Virus record (IMG/VR): IMGVR_UViG_3300037484_000235
Coordinates: 96,001 to 160,000 of that record
Strand: one strand, 5' to 3'
Length of the DNA: 64,000 nucleotides
DNA from: a virus
Lineage: Duplodnaviria > Caudoviricetes
Shown here: positions 8,741-15,966 of the stretch, in pieces
How positions within the stretch are numbered: the first letter of the stretch is position 1
How the letters are laid out: every line of letters begins with the position of its first letter
Notes under the pieces: generated by a model
The model's database searches: none
What the model saw: the letters and a program-made list of their open reading frames with translations, nothing else
What the model was told of the DNA's origin: nothing
Position numbers and translations under genes: made by a program

Positions 8741-9322
8741 ATGCTAGACACAGATCACCCTGAGGAAATTGTTTCCTCATCTTGGGATGGCCGTCCTCGA
8801 AGACTTGTTGCCAATCTTTGTGGTCATTGTCATGGCAGGTTCTTTGCCCCGAGACACACAACTGCAAAGTTCTGTTCTAAGACATGCTCCGACGAGTCAC
8901 AGAAGAACAAGACCGTTCTTGTTTGTGCCCAATGTAAAAGGTCTTTTGAGCGTGTTCCCAGTACCTTGAAGAACTCCCGGAGTGGGGTGAGATTCTGTCA
9001 GAGATCCTGTAAGGATGAGGCTCAAAGACTTGAGGGTCTCAAGGCCATACACCCTTCTCACTACGGGAGTGACATCACCCACAAGAAAGCTCTGATTAGG
9101 GATAGGGGACACAAGTGCGAGGTGTGTGGTTTCTCTCGGTGGCAAGGCAAGCCAATATCTCTGCACGTCGATCATGTCGACGGAAACCCTTATGACCACT
9201 CCCTAAGCAACCTTCGATTGATCTGTCCAAACTGTCATACCCAGACGCCAACTTATGGCGGCAGGAATAGAGGAAGGGGGAGAAAGTCGCGAAAGCTTCC
9301 GGATTGGAGTGACGTGAGGTGA
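8741..9322 (+). CDS. HNH endonuclease with Zn-ribbon N-terminus
   Basis: CEVC..LHVDHVDGN..NLRLICPNCH. Confidence 0.9.
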   Translation: MLDTDHPEEIVSSSWDGRPRRLVANLCGHCHGRFFAPRHTTAKFCSKTCSDESQKNKTVLVCAQCKRSFERVPSTLKNSRSGVRFCQRSCKDEAQRLEGLKAIHPSHYGSDITHKKALIRDRGHKCEVCGFSRWQGKPISLHVDHVDGNPYDHSLSNLRLICPNCHTQTPTYGGRNRGRGRKSRKLPDWSDVR

Positions 9323-9334
9323 TGGGGTGTTTTT

Positions 9335-9407
9335 CGGGGTGTAGCTCAAATGGGAGAGCTTTGGCGAACAGCCAAAGATCAGGGTTCGAATCCCTGCTAC
9401 CCGGCCA
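9335..9407 (+). ncRNA. tRNA-like RNA with 5-nt anticodon loop
   Basis: D arm gctc/gagc, tttggc-gaaca-gccaaa, T arm cagggTTCGAATccctg, CCA. Confidence 0.6.
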
Positions 9408-9541
9408 GTGTTGTGGAAATACTCGATGGGGATTACATTACCTGCTAAGTAATCGATCTGGGTTCGACTCCCAGGCGCTCCCGTAAGGGGGCGAGCCAGG
9501 GGCTAGAAAAACATCTCTGTCATCACTTGTTTCACAGCACT
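9407..9541 (+). ncRNA. YrlA-like RNA 2
   Basis: outer stem agtgttgtgg/tcacagcact; T arm ctggg-TTCGACT-cccag; acceptor closed by GTAA tetraloop; minimal D-like hairpin. Confidence 0.65.
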
Positions 9542-9551
9542 ACTTCTTTTC

Positions 9552-9692
9552 GTGGTGAATACCGCAGTGACTACATGGAAAACGGTTGCCGAAAGGCGTG
9601 TGGGCTTCGATACCCACCTCAGCCTCGCAAGGGCTGAGTGGCGGAATGGCAGACGCGACTGCAAATGTCACTGTGACCCCTCTTGTCACCAC
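9552..9692 (+). ncRNA. YrlA-like RNA 3 (class II tRNA-derived)
   Basis: gtggtga/tcaccac and cgcagtgac/gtcactgtg stems; variable arm gccGAAAggc, T arm, closed acceptor ctcagcc/ggctgag, Leu-type D arm. Confidence 0.8.
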
Positions 9693-9833
9693 ACTAACTT
9701 CGCATGGGCCCTACGGGGTCCATGTGCAGACGGGTCTCGTAGGTCGCGCCAGGCCCTACGAGCTGGAAGATAGGGGACGCCACCCGCGAAAGCGATCAGC
9801 GGCCCCGAGTCCTGTCCGTGTTCCTGGTATTCT

Positions 9834-9908
9834 GGGGCTGTAGCTCAGTTGGGAGAGCGTCTCCATGGCATGGAGAAGGTCAAGGGTTCGATTCCCTTCA
9901 GCTCCACC
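9834..9908 (+). tRNA. tRNA-Ala(GGC)
   Basis: G3:U70, tctcc-atGGCat-ggaga. Confidence 0.9.
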
Positions 9909-10067
9909 GTAAGGGTAGTTCAAGTTGCGGTCGCGTACCGCACGGGGACGTAGGACAACCACAAGTCTGTGCACAGGTCGGTGGGAAGATCACGCGACGT
10001 GAGAGCTGCCTTCCAATAGAAGGTGAACGCAGGCGGAAACCCTGCCCCTTACGACAATTTCAAACAT

Positions 10068-10143
10068 GGGGACGTAGCTCAGCTGGGAGAGCGCGGGCTT
10101 TGCAAGCCTGAGGTCGCAGGTTCAATCCCTGTCGTCTCCACCA
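10068..10143 (+). tRNA. tRNA-Ala(TGC)
   Basis: cgggc-ttTGCaa-gcctg, CCA. Confidence 0.9.
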
Positions 10144-10144
10144 A

Positions 10145-10238
10145 GGTGTAGGATTGCTAATCGGTAGGCAGGGAGGCTACAGGCTGACGAGCCTGGTACG
10201 GCCACCCGTATTGCAGGTTCAACTCCTGCCCAGCACCC
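10145..10238 (+). ncRNA. long-variable-arm tRNA-like RNA without canonical anticodon loop
   Basis: acceptor ggtgtagg/ccagcacc, caggct-gacg-agcctg, variable arm gtacgg/ccgtat, T arm. Confidence 0.55.
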
Positions 10239-10243
10239 CGTGT

Positions 10244-10318
10244 GCCCTCGTAGCTCAGTGGGAGAGCACCACATTGGTAATGTGGGGGTCGCCGGTTCAA
10301 TCCCGGCCGAGGGCTCCA
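10244..10318 (+). tRNA. tRNA-Thr(GGT)
   Basis: ccaca-ttGGTaa-tgtgg, CCA. Confidence 0.9.
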
Positions 10319-10328
10319 AGTTCGTTTT

Positions 10329-10399
10329 GCGGGCATGGTCAAGTGGCTTGGCCCTAGGCTTCCAACCTAGAGACGCGAGTTCGATTCTCGCTGCCCGCT
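10329..10399 (+). tRNA. tRNA-Gly(TCC)
   Basis: ctagg-ctTCCaa-cctag. Confidence 0.9.
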
Positions 10400-10514
10400 C
10401 AAATGTTCGTTCCGTTCGGAGGTGGTTTGATCAGGCCAAGTGACGCAAGACTAGCTCCGGGGCTATGATCTCGGTGCGTTACCGATTGAGCTACCTCCGA
10501 ACGGAACGACGAGT

Positions 10515-10589
10515 GCGGGTGTGGCGCAGTGGTAGCGCATCAGCTTCCCATGCTGAATGTCGCGGGTTCGACTCCCGCCACCCGCTCCA
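10515..10589 (+). tRNA. tRNA-Gly(CCC)
   Basis: tcagc-ttCCCat-gctga, CCA. Confidence 0.9.
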
Positions 10590-10680
10590 GGTTGAATGCC
10601 ACGTCGGGAGTACATCCCTATACGATAAACCCTCTCGACAACCGTGCAGACTAGTGCTGCACACCTTGTCAACCTTTCAC

Positions 10681-10755
10681 GACGCGGTCCTTCTGGCGGA
10701 AGGCAGCAGATTGCAACCCTGCTTGAGGTGAGTTCGATTCTCACCCGCGTCTCCA
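10681..10755 (+). tRNA. tRNA-Cys(GCA)
   Basis: loop ttGCAac, U73, CCA. Confidence 0.85.
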
Positions 10756-10760
10756 CCAAT

Positions 10761-10837
10761 GCGGCAATAGCTTAGTGGGAGAGCTACCCTGTCCTGAATA
10801 GGCGAGGGTGACATGGGTTCGATCCCCGTTTGCTGCA
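10761..10837 (+). ncRNA. tRNA-like RNA with extended anticodon arm
   Basis: gcggcaa/ttgctgc acceptor, D and T arms normal; accct/agggt encloses 14 nt. Confidence 0.6.
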
Positions 10838-11246
10838 TCGGTTTCAACTATGGGGGCAGGGAGACCTGCTACCCTAGACACCGCCCTTAACTGGGCCAGC
10901 CTAGTTAGCAACTAGGTGGTGGTGTATGCTGGACGGTTGTGGGAGTACTAGTCCAGGGGAGAGCATGAACCCAACGAAGAGGATCGGGTAGACTCTGGTC
11001 CGCACAAGTTTGTATGGCGTGCGTCTCGGGGAACACCCAGGCAGATGCCTCCTGGCACGGTGATACACACCCTAGACGTGCCATCTAACGCCGTTCCCCT
11101 TCGGGGGTTCATGGAACCGAGTCCGTCTTCGGGCGGCTTGGGTGCGAGCGGATTCGCATAGGAAAAGATTCGAAGCGCCGCTGCTGTCGAAGACACAGGT
11201 CGGGGTGTCGACCGAGCCCTGACACGTAGCTAAAGAGTCGGTCTAT

Positions 11247-11321
11247 GCACTCGTAGTTCAGGGGAAGAACTCCCGTCTTCTAAGCGGGTTGTCGGGGGTT
11301 CGAATCCTCCCGGGTGCGCCA
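11247..11321 (+). tRNA. tRNA-Arg(TCT)
   Basis: cccgt-ctTCTaa-gcggg, CCA. Confidence 0.9.
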
Positions 11322-11331
11322 CAAGGTCAAT

Positions 11332-11407
11332 GTCCGTATAGTGAAACTGGATATCACGCATCTCTACGAAAGATGTATTGCAGGTTCGAATCCTGCTATG
11401 GGCGCCA
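11332..11407 (+). tRNA. tRNA-Arg(ACG)
   Basis: catct-ctACGaa-agatg, CCA. Confidence 0.9.
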
Positions 11408-11409
11408 AT

Positions 11410-11485
11410 GTCTCTGTAGTGAAACGGATCATCACGCGGGCCTCCGAAGCCCTTATTGCTGGTTCGAATCCAGCCAGAGACGCCA
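11410..11485 (+). tRNA. tRNA-Arg(CCG)
   Basis: gggc-ctCCGaa-gccc, CCA. Confidence 0.9.
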
Positions 11486-11493
11486 AGTACAAT

Positions 11494-11568
11494 CCCTCCG
11501 TCCAGCGGGTCTGGGGACGCGCTTCATAAGCGTGCTTGCGAGCGGTTCGAGTCCGCCCGGTGGGACCA
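11494..11568 (+). tRNA. tRNA(CAT) Met/Ile2
   Basis: cgcgc-ttCATaa-gcgtg, CCA. Confidence 0.75.
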
Positions 11569-11903
11569 TTCTCTGTGCAGAGCCGCTGACGACACGTCAG
11601 CATGGCGCAGTACAAGTCTGCATAGACGGGTGTGGAACTCGGACTGGTCGGATGCTGGTGAGAAGACCAGCTAAGCGCAGAGGATGAACACGTTTGAGTG
11701 CGTCTTGACTGATTCAAGTTCAAGACAGCCTGCCAGCAATCAGTTGCTGACTGTCAACCTGCCGATCTCATACAAGGGACACCTAGTGTCGGCCTTCAGA
11801 TGCGTCGCTTTGCGGCTCCTCTGACTGGAAGCGTACTAGGGCGGTCACACAGTGACCGGGTGAGTGTTGTCTCAATCTATCCTAGATCATTCTCGGGATC
11901 TTT

Positions 11904-11978
11904 CGGGGTGTAGCGCAGTGGTAGCGCGTCTGTTTCGGGAACAGAAAGTCGTCGGTTCGATCCCGGCCACCCCGACCA
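11904..11978 (+). tRNA. tRNA-Pro(CGG)
   Basis: tctgt-ttCGGga-acaga, CCA. Confidence 0.9.
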
Positions 11979-12077
11979 CAACATCGTCAGCCACTTCAGC
12001 GCCCCTCGGGGAAGTCTGTTGCGTGTTGATGATGGGTCACCCCCTGGGCGCGTCCGGGCTAGGGTGACTGTGTTTCT

Positions 12078-12152
12078 CTGGGTGTAGCGAAGTGGTATCG
12101 CGCTCGGTTTGGGGCCGAGAAATCGCTGGTTCGATCCCAGCCACTCAGACCA
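12078..12152 (+). tRNA. tRNA-Pro(TGG)
   Basis: ctcgg-ttTGGgg-ccgag, CCA. Confidence 0.9.
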
Positions 12153-12180
12153 CAACATCGCTCTCACCTCGGTTTGGGCG

Positions 12181-12249
12181 GTGGGCTTCACCTCTGTGTC
12201 GGCCGCACGGGGTGGGCTTCACCTCTGTGTCGGCCGCACGGGGTGGGCT
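12181..12249. repeat. 31-bp tandem repeat (2 full copies + partial)
   Basis: gtgggcttcacctctgtgtcggccgcacggg x2 then gtgggct. Confidence 0.9.
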
Positions 12250-12259
12250 GTGATTTTCT

Positions 12260-12334
12260 CGGGGCGTGGCGAAGTGGTATCGCGCTCGGCTGGGGGTCGA
12301 GAGATCGCAGGTTCGATCCCTGTCGCCCCGACCA
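12260..12334 (+). tRNA. tRNA-Pro(GGG)
   Basis: ctcgg-ctGGGgg-tcgag, CCA. Confidence 0.9.
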
Positions 12335-12585
12335 CTCTGGTTCGATTGGATCCTCGACCAGAGCCCAACCCTGTCAGGAGTCTGCCGTTAGGAGACGGCA
12401 CAGAACAAGCCGGGACATAGTGTACGGCAACACAATCCGGCAAGTCCGGATAAAAGCGATTCAATTCCGCGCGTCTCGGGGAAGTCTGAGGTGTGTGCTA
12501 CACACCTGACGGGGAAGGGAACTTTTTGCTGGTGAATCATGTAATCTCCCGGGGGTCATCCGTTACACTGGTGAAGGAAGCAACC

Positions 12586-12747
12586 ATGAAGCCCTACGAC
12601 ATCGACCGAAAGCGCCACGAGACTTGCCGCTACGGGTGCTGCACGAACCCTCAGGGCAGCAAGAAGCACCTCGCGACACGTCGCCGTCAGAAGCGGTCTT
12701 CCAGGGCGCATGGGCGCCAGGAGATCCGGGAGACCACGGCGTCATGA
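12586..12747 (+). CDS. small basic protein
   Basis: SD GAAGGAAG, MKPYDIDRKRHETCRYGCC.., ATGA-coupled to next ORF. Confidence 0.6.
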   Translation: MKPYDIDRKRHETCRYGCCTNPQGSKKHLATRRRQKRSSRAHGRQEIRETTAS

Positions 12748-13073
12748 ACAACGACCGACCCACGACACTTGCAGAGTGGCTCGTTTCCGAAGAGAAGGCG
12801 CCTGACCAAAGTAAGCTGGCTGCGTGGCTCGTCTCTGACGAGGACGAGACGCCTGACCAAAGCAAGCACGCGTTCCACATGGGGTGGGTCCGGGCAGGTT
12901 GCTTGAAGAAGCATGGCATCACAGCAGCCACCCGGCGCCAGGCCCGTAAGGCTGCGGCCCGGTGCGAGGCAACGGACTTCATGGCCGGATGGTACGTCCG
13001 GCAGCTCGCTGACTTCCTGGGATGCTGGGGACCAATCTCCCAACTCGATGTACGGGGCGTGAACCGCTCCTGA
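12744..13073 (+). CDS. hypothetical protein with internal duplication
   Basis: LAEWLVSEEKAPDQSK / LAAWLVSDEDETPDQSK repeat. Confidence 0.6.
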   Translation: MNNDRPTTLAEWLVSEEKAPDQSKLAAWLVSDEDETPDQSKHAFHMGWVRAGCLKKHGITAATRRQARKAAARCEATDFMAGWYVRQLADFLGCWGPISQLDVRGVNRS

Positions 13074-13102
13074 ACCGCTCCTGACGTGTTCGGATGTTCC
13101 AT

Positions 13103-13323
13103 ACCTCTGTAGCGCAACGGAAGCGCGTCGGAAAAACGAAGCCGATATCGTAAAAGACGCCGTACCACCTGCTACCCTGAATCCAAATGGGATAGGGGGT
13201 GTGGGGAACCCCCAAAGGTTGCAGAAGCACCGAATGGCTTGGAGACAGGTCACTAGGGAAGCGCGGTTTCCTAAGAAGGGGGTTTGGGTGTGGATGAAGT
13301 GGGTTCGACTCCCACCAGGGGTG
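13103..13323 (+). ncRNA. tRNA frame with large insert replacing anticodon arm
   Basis: acctctg/caggggt acceptor, gcgc-aacggaa-gcgc D arm, gtggg-TTCGACT-cccac T arm separated by about 170 nt. Confidence 0.65.
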
Positions 13324-13330
13324 CTAAAAA

Positions 13331-13406
13331 CCGCTCTTAGTTCAATCGGACTCAGAACCCCCGTCTCATAAACGGGTATGTCTCGGTTCGAATCCGGGAG
13401 AGCGGA
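13331..13406 (+). tRNA. tRNA(CAT) Met/Ile2
   Basis: cccgt-ctCATaa-acggg. Confidence 0.85.
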
Positions 13407-13419
13407 CAAATAGGGTGCT

Positions 13420-13614
13420 GTGATGATCGACTTCAATGCAGAGTACAGGCATCGACGGAAGGGTTTCCGTGTGATCGTAGGGGAGCCCGCTTGGTGGGAC
13501 ACCATGGAAGCTAACCGGGTTGTGGTCTACAAGTTGGGGGCCATGTCTGGACCTCTGCACTGGGTGATGAAACGATCGTCGTTCGAGCGGTTGTACGAAG
13601 TCATGCGCGCGTAA
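13420..13614 (+). CDS. small hypothetical protein
   Basis: 64-aa ORF; stop codon lies inside tRNA-Val. Confidence 0.55.
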   Translation: MMIDFNAEYRHRRKGFRVIVGEPAWWDTMEANRVVVYKLGAMSGPLHWVMKRSSFERLYEVMRA

Positions 13615-13679
13615 CTCAGTGGAAGAGTGTCTCCTTTACACGGAGAATGTCGGGGGTTCGATCCCCTCCGCGCGTACCA
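13605..13679 (+). tRNA. tRNA-Val(TAC)
   Basis: tctcc-ttTACac-ggaga, CCA. Confidence 0.9.
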
Positions 13680-13764
13680 AAAGACCACCCTTTGGTGGCA
13701 AAGTACCGGACGGGAGGTAGGTCTCCGGGGAATACCTCGGGGACTCCTTCCGATCTTGGAACAT

Positions 13765-13849
13765 GTGAGAGTGGTGGAATGGCAGTCACGCTGGGCTAAG
13801 GACCCAGTGCCCCCAACGGGGCGTGCGGGTTCGACTCCCGCCTTTCACA
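13765..13849 (+). tRNA. tRNA-Leu(AAG)
   Basis: ctggg-ctAAGga-cccag, long variable arm. Confidence 0.85.
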
Positions 13850-13867
13850 CAAAGTGCAGTGCAACAT

Positions 13868-13955
13868 GCTGGGGTGGCGAAATGGCAGACGCACCAGGTT
13901 CAGAACCTGGCGGGGTTTAAACCTCATGGGGGTTCAAGTCCCCCCCTCAGCACCA
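13868..13955 (+). tRNA. tRNA-Leu(CAG)
   Basis: ccagg-ttCAGaa-cctgg, CCA. Confidence 0.9.
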
Positions 13956-13967
13956 AAGAGTACACAT

Positions 13968-14052
13968 GCAAGATTGGCGAAACTGGCAGACGCTACGGGC
14001 TGAGAGTCCGTCGGGTAATACCGTGAGGGTTCGACTCCCTCATCTTGCACCA
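13968..14052 (+). tRNA. tRNA-Leu(GAG)
   Basis: acggg-ctGAGag-tccgt, CCA. Confidence 0.9.
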
Positions 14053-14059
14053 GTAGTGA

Positions 14060-14135
14060 GGGAGCGTAGCCCAACGGCAGAGGCAGTGCATTTAGGGTGC
14101 ACTCAGTGTGGGTTCGAATCCCACCGTTCCTACCA
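14060..14135 (+). tRNA. tRNA-Leu(TAG), short variable loop
   Basis: gtgca-ttTAGgg-tgcac, 5-nt variable loop, CCA. Confidence 0.85.
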
Positions 14136-14138
14136 AAT

Positions 14139-14223
14139 GCCCCGGTGGCGAAACGGCAAACGCGGTGGATTTAAAATCCGCTGCCGAAAGGTGTTGCGGG
14201 TTCGACTCCCGCTCGGGGCACCA
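14139..14223 (+). tRNA. tRNA-Leu(TAA)
   Basis: gtgga-ttTAAaa-tccgc, CCA. Confidence 0.9.
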
Positions 14224-14231
14224 AGATGTAT

Positions 14232-14317
14232 GCGGGCGTGGCGGAATGGCAGACGCACTGGTTTCAAAAATCAGCGGGGGAAACCTCATGAGGGTCCGAC
14301 TCCCTCCGCCCGTACCA
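14232..14317 (+). tRNA. tRNA-Leu(CAA)
   Basis: ctggt-ttCAAaa-atcag, CCA. Confidence 0.9.
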
Positions 14318-14416
14318 ATCTTTCTCTGGGGTATCATGTAATGGGCCTATCCTCATCCGTTAGTTGAGTGAGGATTCAACAGTCAACGTTCGTCACAAAG
14401 GAAAGGCAGGTAGACA

Positions 14417-14947
14417 ATGCATAAGACGCTTGTTCTCGATCAGGGCTACCAGCCTCACCGCGTGGTGAGTTGGCAGCGAGCCGTCACGATGTGGTGGGAC
14501 GGCAAGTGTGAGATCGTCGAGGAGTATGACGAAGACATCCGGAGCGTGACCTTCACGATCAAGATGCCTGCTGTAGTCAGACTTCTTCAGCGGGTTCGGG
14601 GGAAGAAGCAGGCTGTCAAGTTCTCGCGGATCAACGTCGCGACACGGGACAACATGACTTGTCAGTACTGTTCTGACAAGCTTCCGCTCTCGAAGCTCAC
14701 CTACGATCACGTTGTCCCAAGATCTCAGGGTGGAAAGACTCTGTGGGAGAACATCGTGATGGCCTGTTACGGCTGCAACGAGAAGAAGGCCGACCGCACT
14801 CCTGCTCAGGCGAAGATGCCTTTGAAGAAGGTGCCGGTGAAGCCAGCCTTCCTTCCGGTGATCTCGATGCGTTTCGAGACGGGTTCCTGCCCGGATCTGT
14901 GGCGCTCTTGGATCTACTGGAACACCGCCCTCGAAGAGGGCAGCTAG
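14417..14947 (+). CDS. HNH endonuclease (McrA/HNH_5-like)
   Basis: TLVLDQGYQP..RDNMTCQYC..TYDHVVPRSQGG..WENIVMACYGCNEKK. Confidence 0.92.
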   Translation: MHKTLVLDQGYQPHRVVSWQRAVTMWWDGKCEIVEEYDEDIRSVTFTIKMPAVVRLLQRVRGKKQAVKFSRINVATRDNMTCQYCSDKLPLSKLTYDHVVPRSQGGKTLWENIVMACYGCNEKKADRTPAQAKMPLKKVPVKPAFLPVISMRFETGSCPDLWRSWIYWNTALEEGS

Positions 14948-15173
14948 GGAGTTTGGGCCTGACATGGTAGGCCCCAGGCAGGACGGTGTCTGCGCTCTGC
15001 AAAACCTGTGGGCCTCATGATCCCACGGGTCCGTCATACAACTTGGAGGTCCGGCTAGGTCCGGACAGCCTCTGCTGGATAAGGCATCGTGGGCGATGGT
15101 AGGAGCCACACGAAGACCCAGCCCCTTTTCAGATCTTCTGGCCCCCCGATGAATTCTGGGGTCCGTACAAAAT

Positions 15174-15250
15174 CGGAGTGTGGCGCAGCCTGGTAGCGCA
15201 TCTGCTTTGGGAGCAGAGGGTCGCAGGTTCAAATCCTGTCGCTCCGACCA
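15174..15250 (+). tRNA. tRNA-Pro(TGG), second copy
   Basis: tctgc-ttTGGga-gcaga, CCA. Confidence 0.92.
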
Positions 15251-15259
15251 ACGTTGAAT

Positions 15260-15347
15260 GGAAACTGAACTAGACTGGGTCTGGGCCCGCTTGGAAAGCG
15301 GTGAGATATCGCAAGGTGTTGAGGTTCAATTCCTCCGGTTTCCGCCA
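15260..15347 (+). tRNA. tRNA-Ser(GGA)
   Basis: ccgc-ttGGAaa-gcgg, long variable arm, GCCA. Confidence 0.85.
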
Positions 15348-15348
15348 T

Positions 15349-15468
15349 GAGTCGTGCTTGGTGCTTGGGAAGCTAGCTCCCACCTTCGGGTTCGATTCCC
15401 GACGGGTAAGGCAAATGGGGCCCTACTTAGAACTGGTAAGGAAGAGGGTTCGATCCCCTCGCGACTCA
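15349..15468 (+). ncRNA. tRNA-like RNA with two T arms
   Basis: gagtcgt/gcgactc closes tcggg-TTCGATT-cccga and gaggg-TTCGATC-ccctc. Confidence 0.55.
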
Positions 15469-15579
15469 CCCAACTAGAAAGGTTCCAGCATCCGTATTCC
15501 AAAATATTCGAGAATACGTTGGAAAGGGCTCATGAAAACACCTTGCCCCTGGATCAGATAGGGGTTAGCATGCGGAGGT

Positions 15580-15966
15580 ATGCCGTATGCTAACCCAACC
15601 CAACAGCGAGAGTACCAGGTAAGGTGGCTGAGAAAGCGACGCGAGGAATGGTTGAAGGCTCACGGACCCTGCGTGGCTTGTCGCTCTACGGTTGATTTAG
15701 AGGTCGATCATGTAGATCCAAACCTGAAGCTCGACCATAACGTGTGGTCGTGGTCAGAGTGCCGCAGGGCAGAGGAGTTGGCGAAGTGTCAAATCCTCTG
15801 CAAACGGTGCCACATGAAGAAGACACTTGAGCAAAGACCTAGTACTCAGCACGGATGTGCTCAGATGTATCAGAAGTACAAGTGTCGGTGTGATGTCTGC
15901 CGCTCATGGAAACAGGCTTCAGACGCAAGATACAGAAGTGTTCGAAAATCGAAGTTCGGAAGATAA
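15580..15966 (+). CDS. HNH endonuclease
   Basis: CVACRSTVDLEVDHVDP..CQILCKRCH plus C-terminal CRCDVC. Confidence 0.9.
   Translation: MPYANPTQQREYQVRWLRKRREEWLKAHGPCVACRSTVDLEVDHVDPNLKLDHNVWSWSECRRAEELAKCQILCKRCHMKKTLEQRPSTQHGCAQMYQKYKCRCDVCRSWKQASDARYRSVRKSKFGR

Noticed and set aside
9435-9482. Stand-alone tRNA-Ser(GCT)
   Set aside because: There is no upstream 5' half; the acceptor strand pairs downstream, so it is treated as part of a permuted RNA
12181-12249. CRISPR array
   Set aside because: The repeats are directly adjacent with no spacers; no cas genes in the window
13103-13323. Group I/II intron or canonical tmRNA
   Set aside because: No recognisable P7/R-S or domain V motifs; no G3:U70 and no ALAA-type tag
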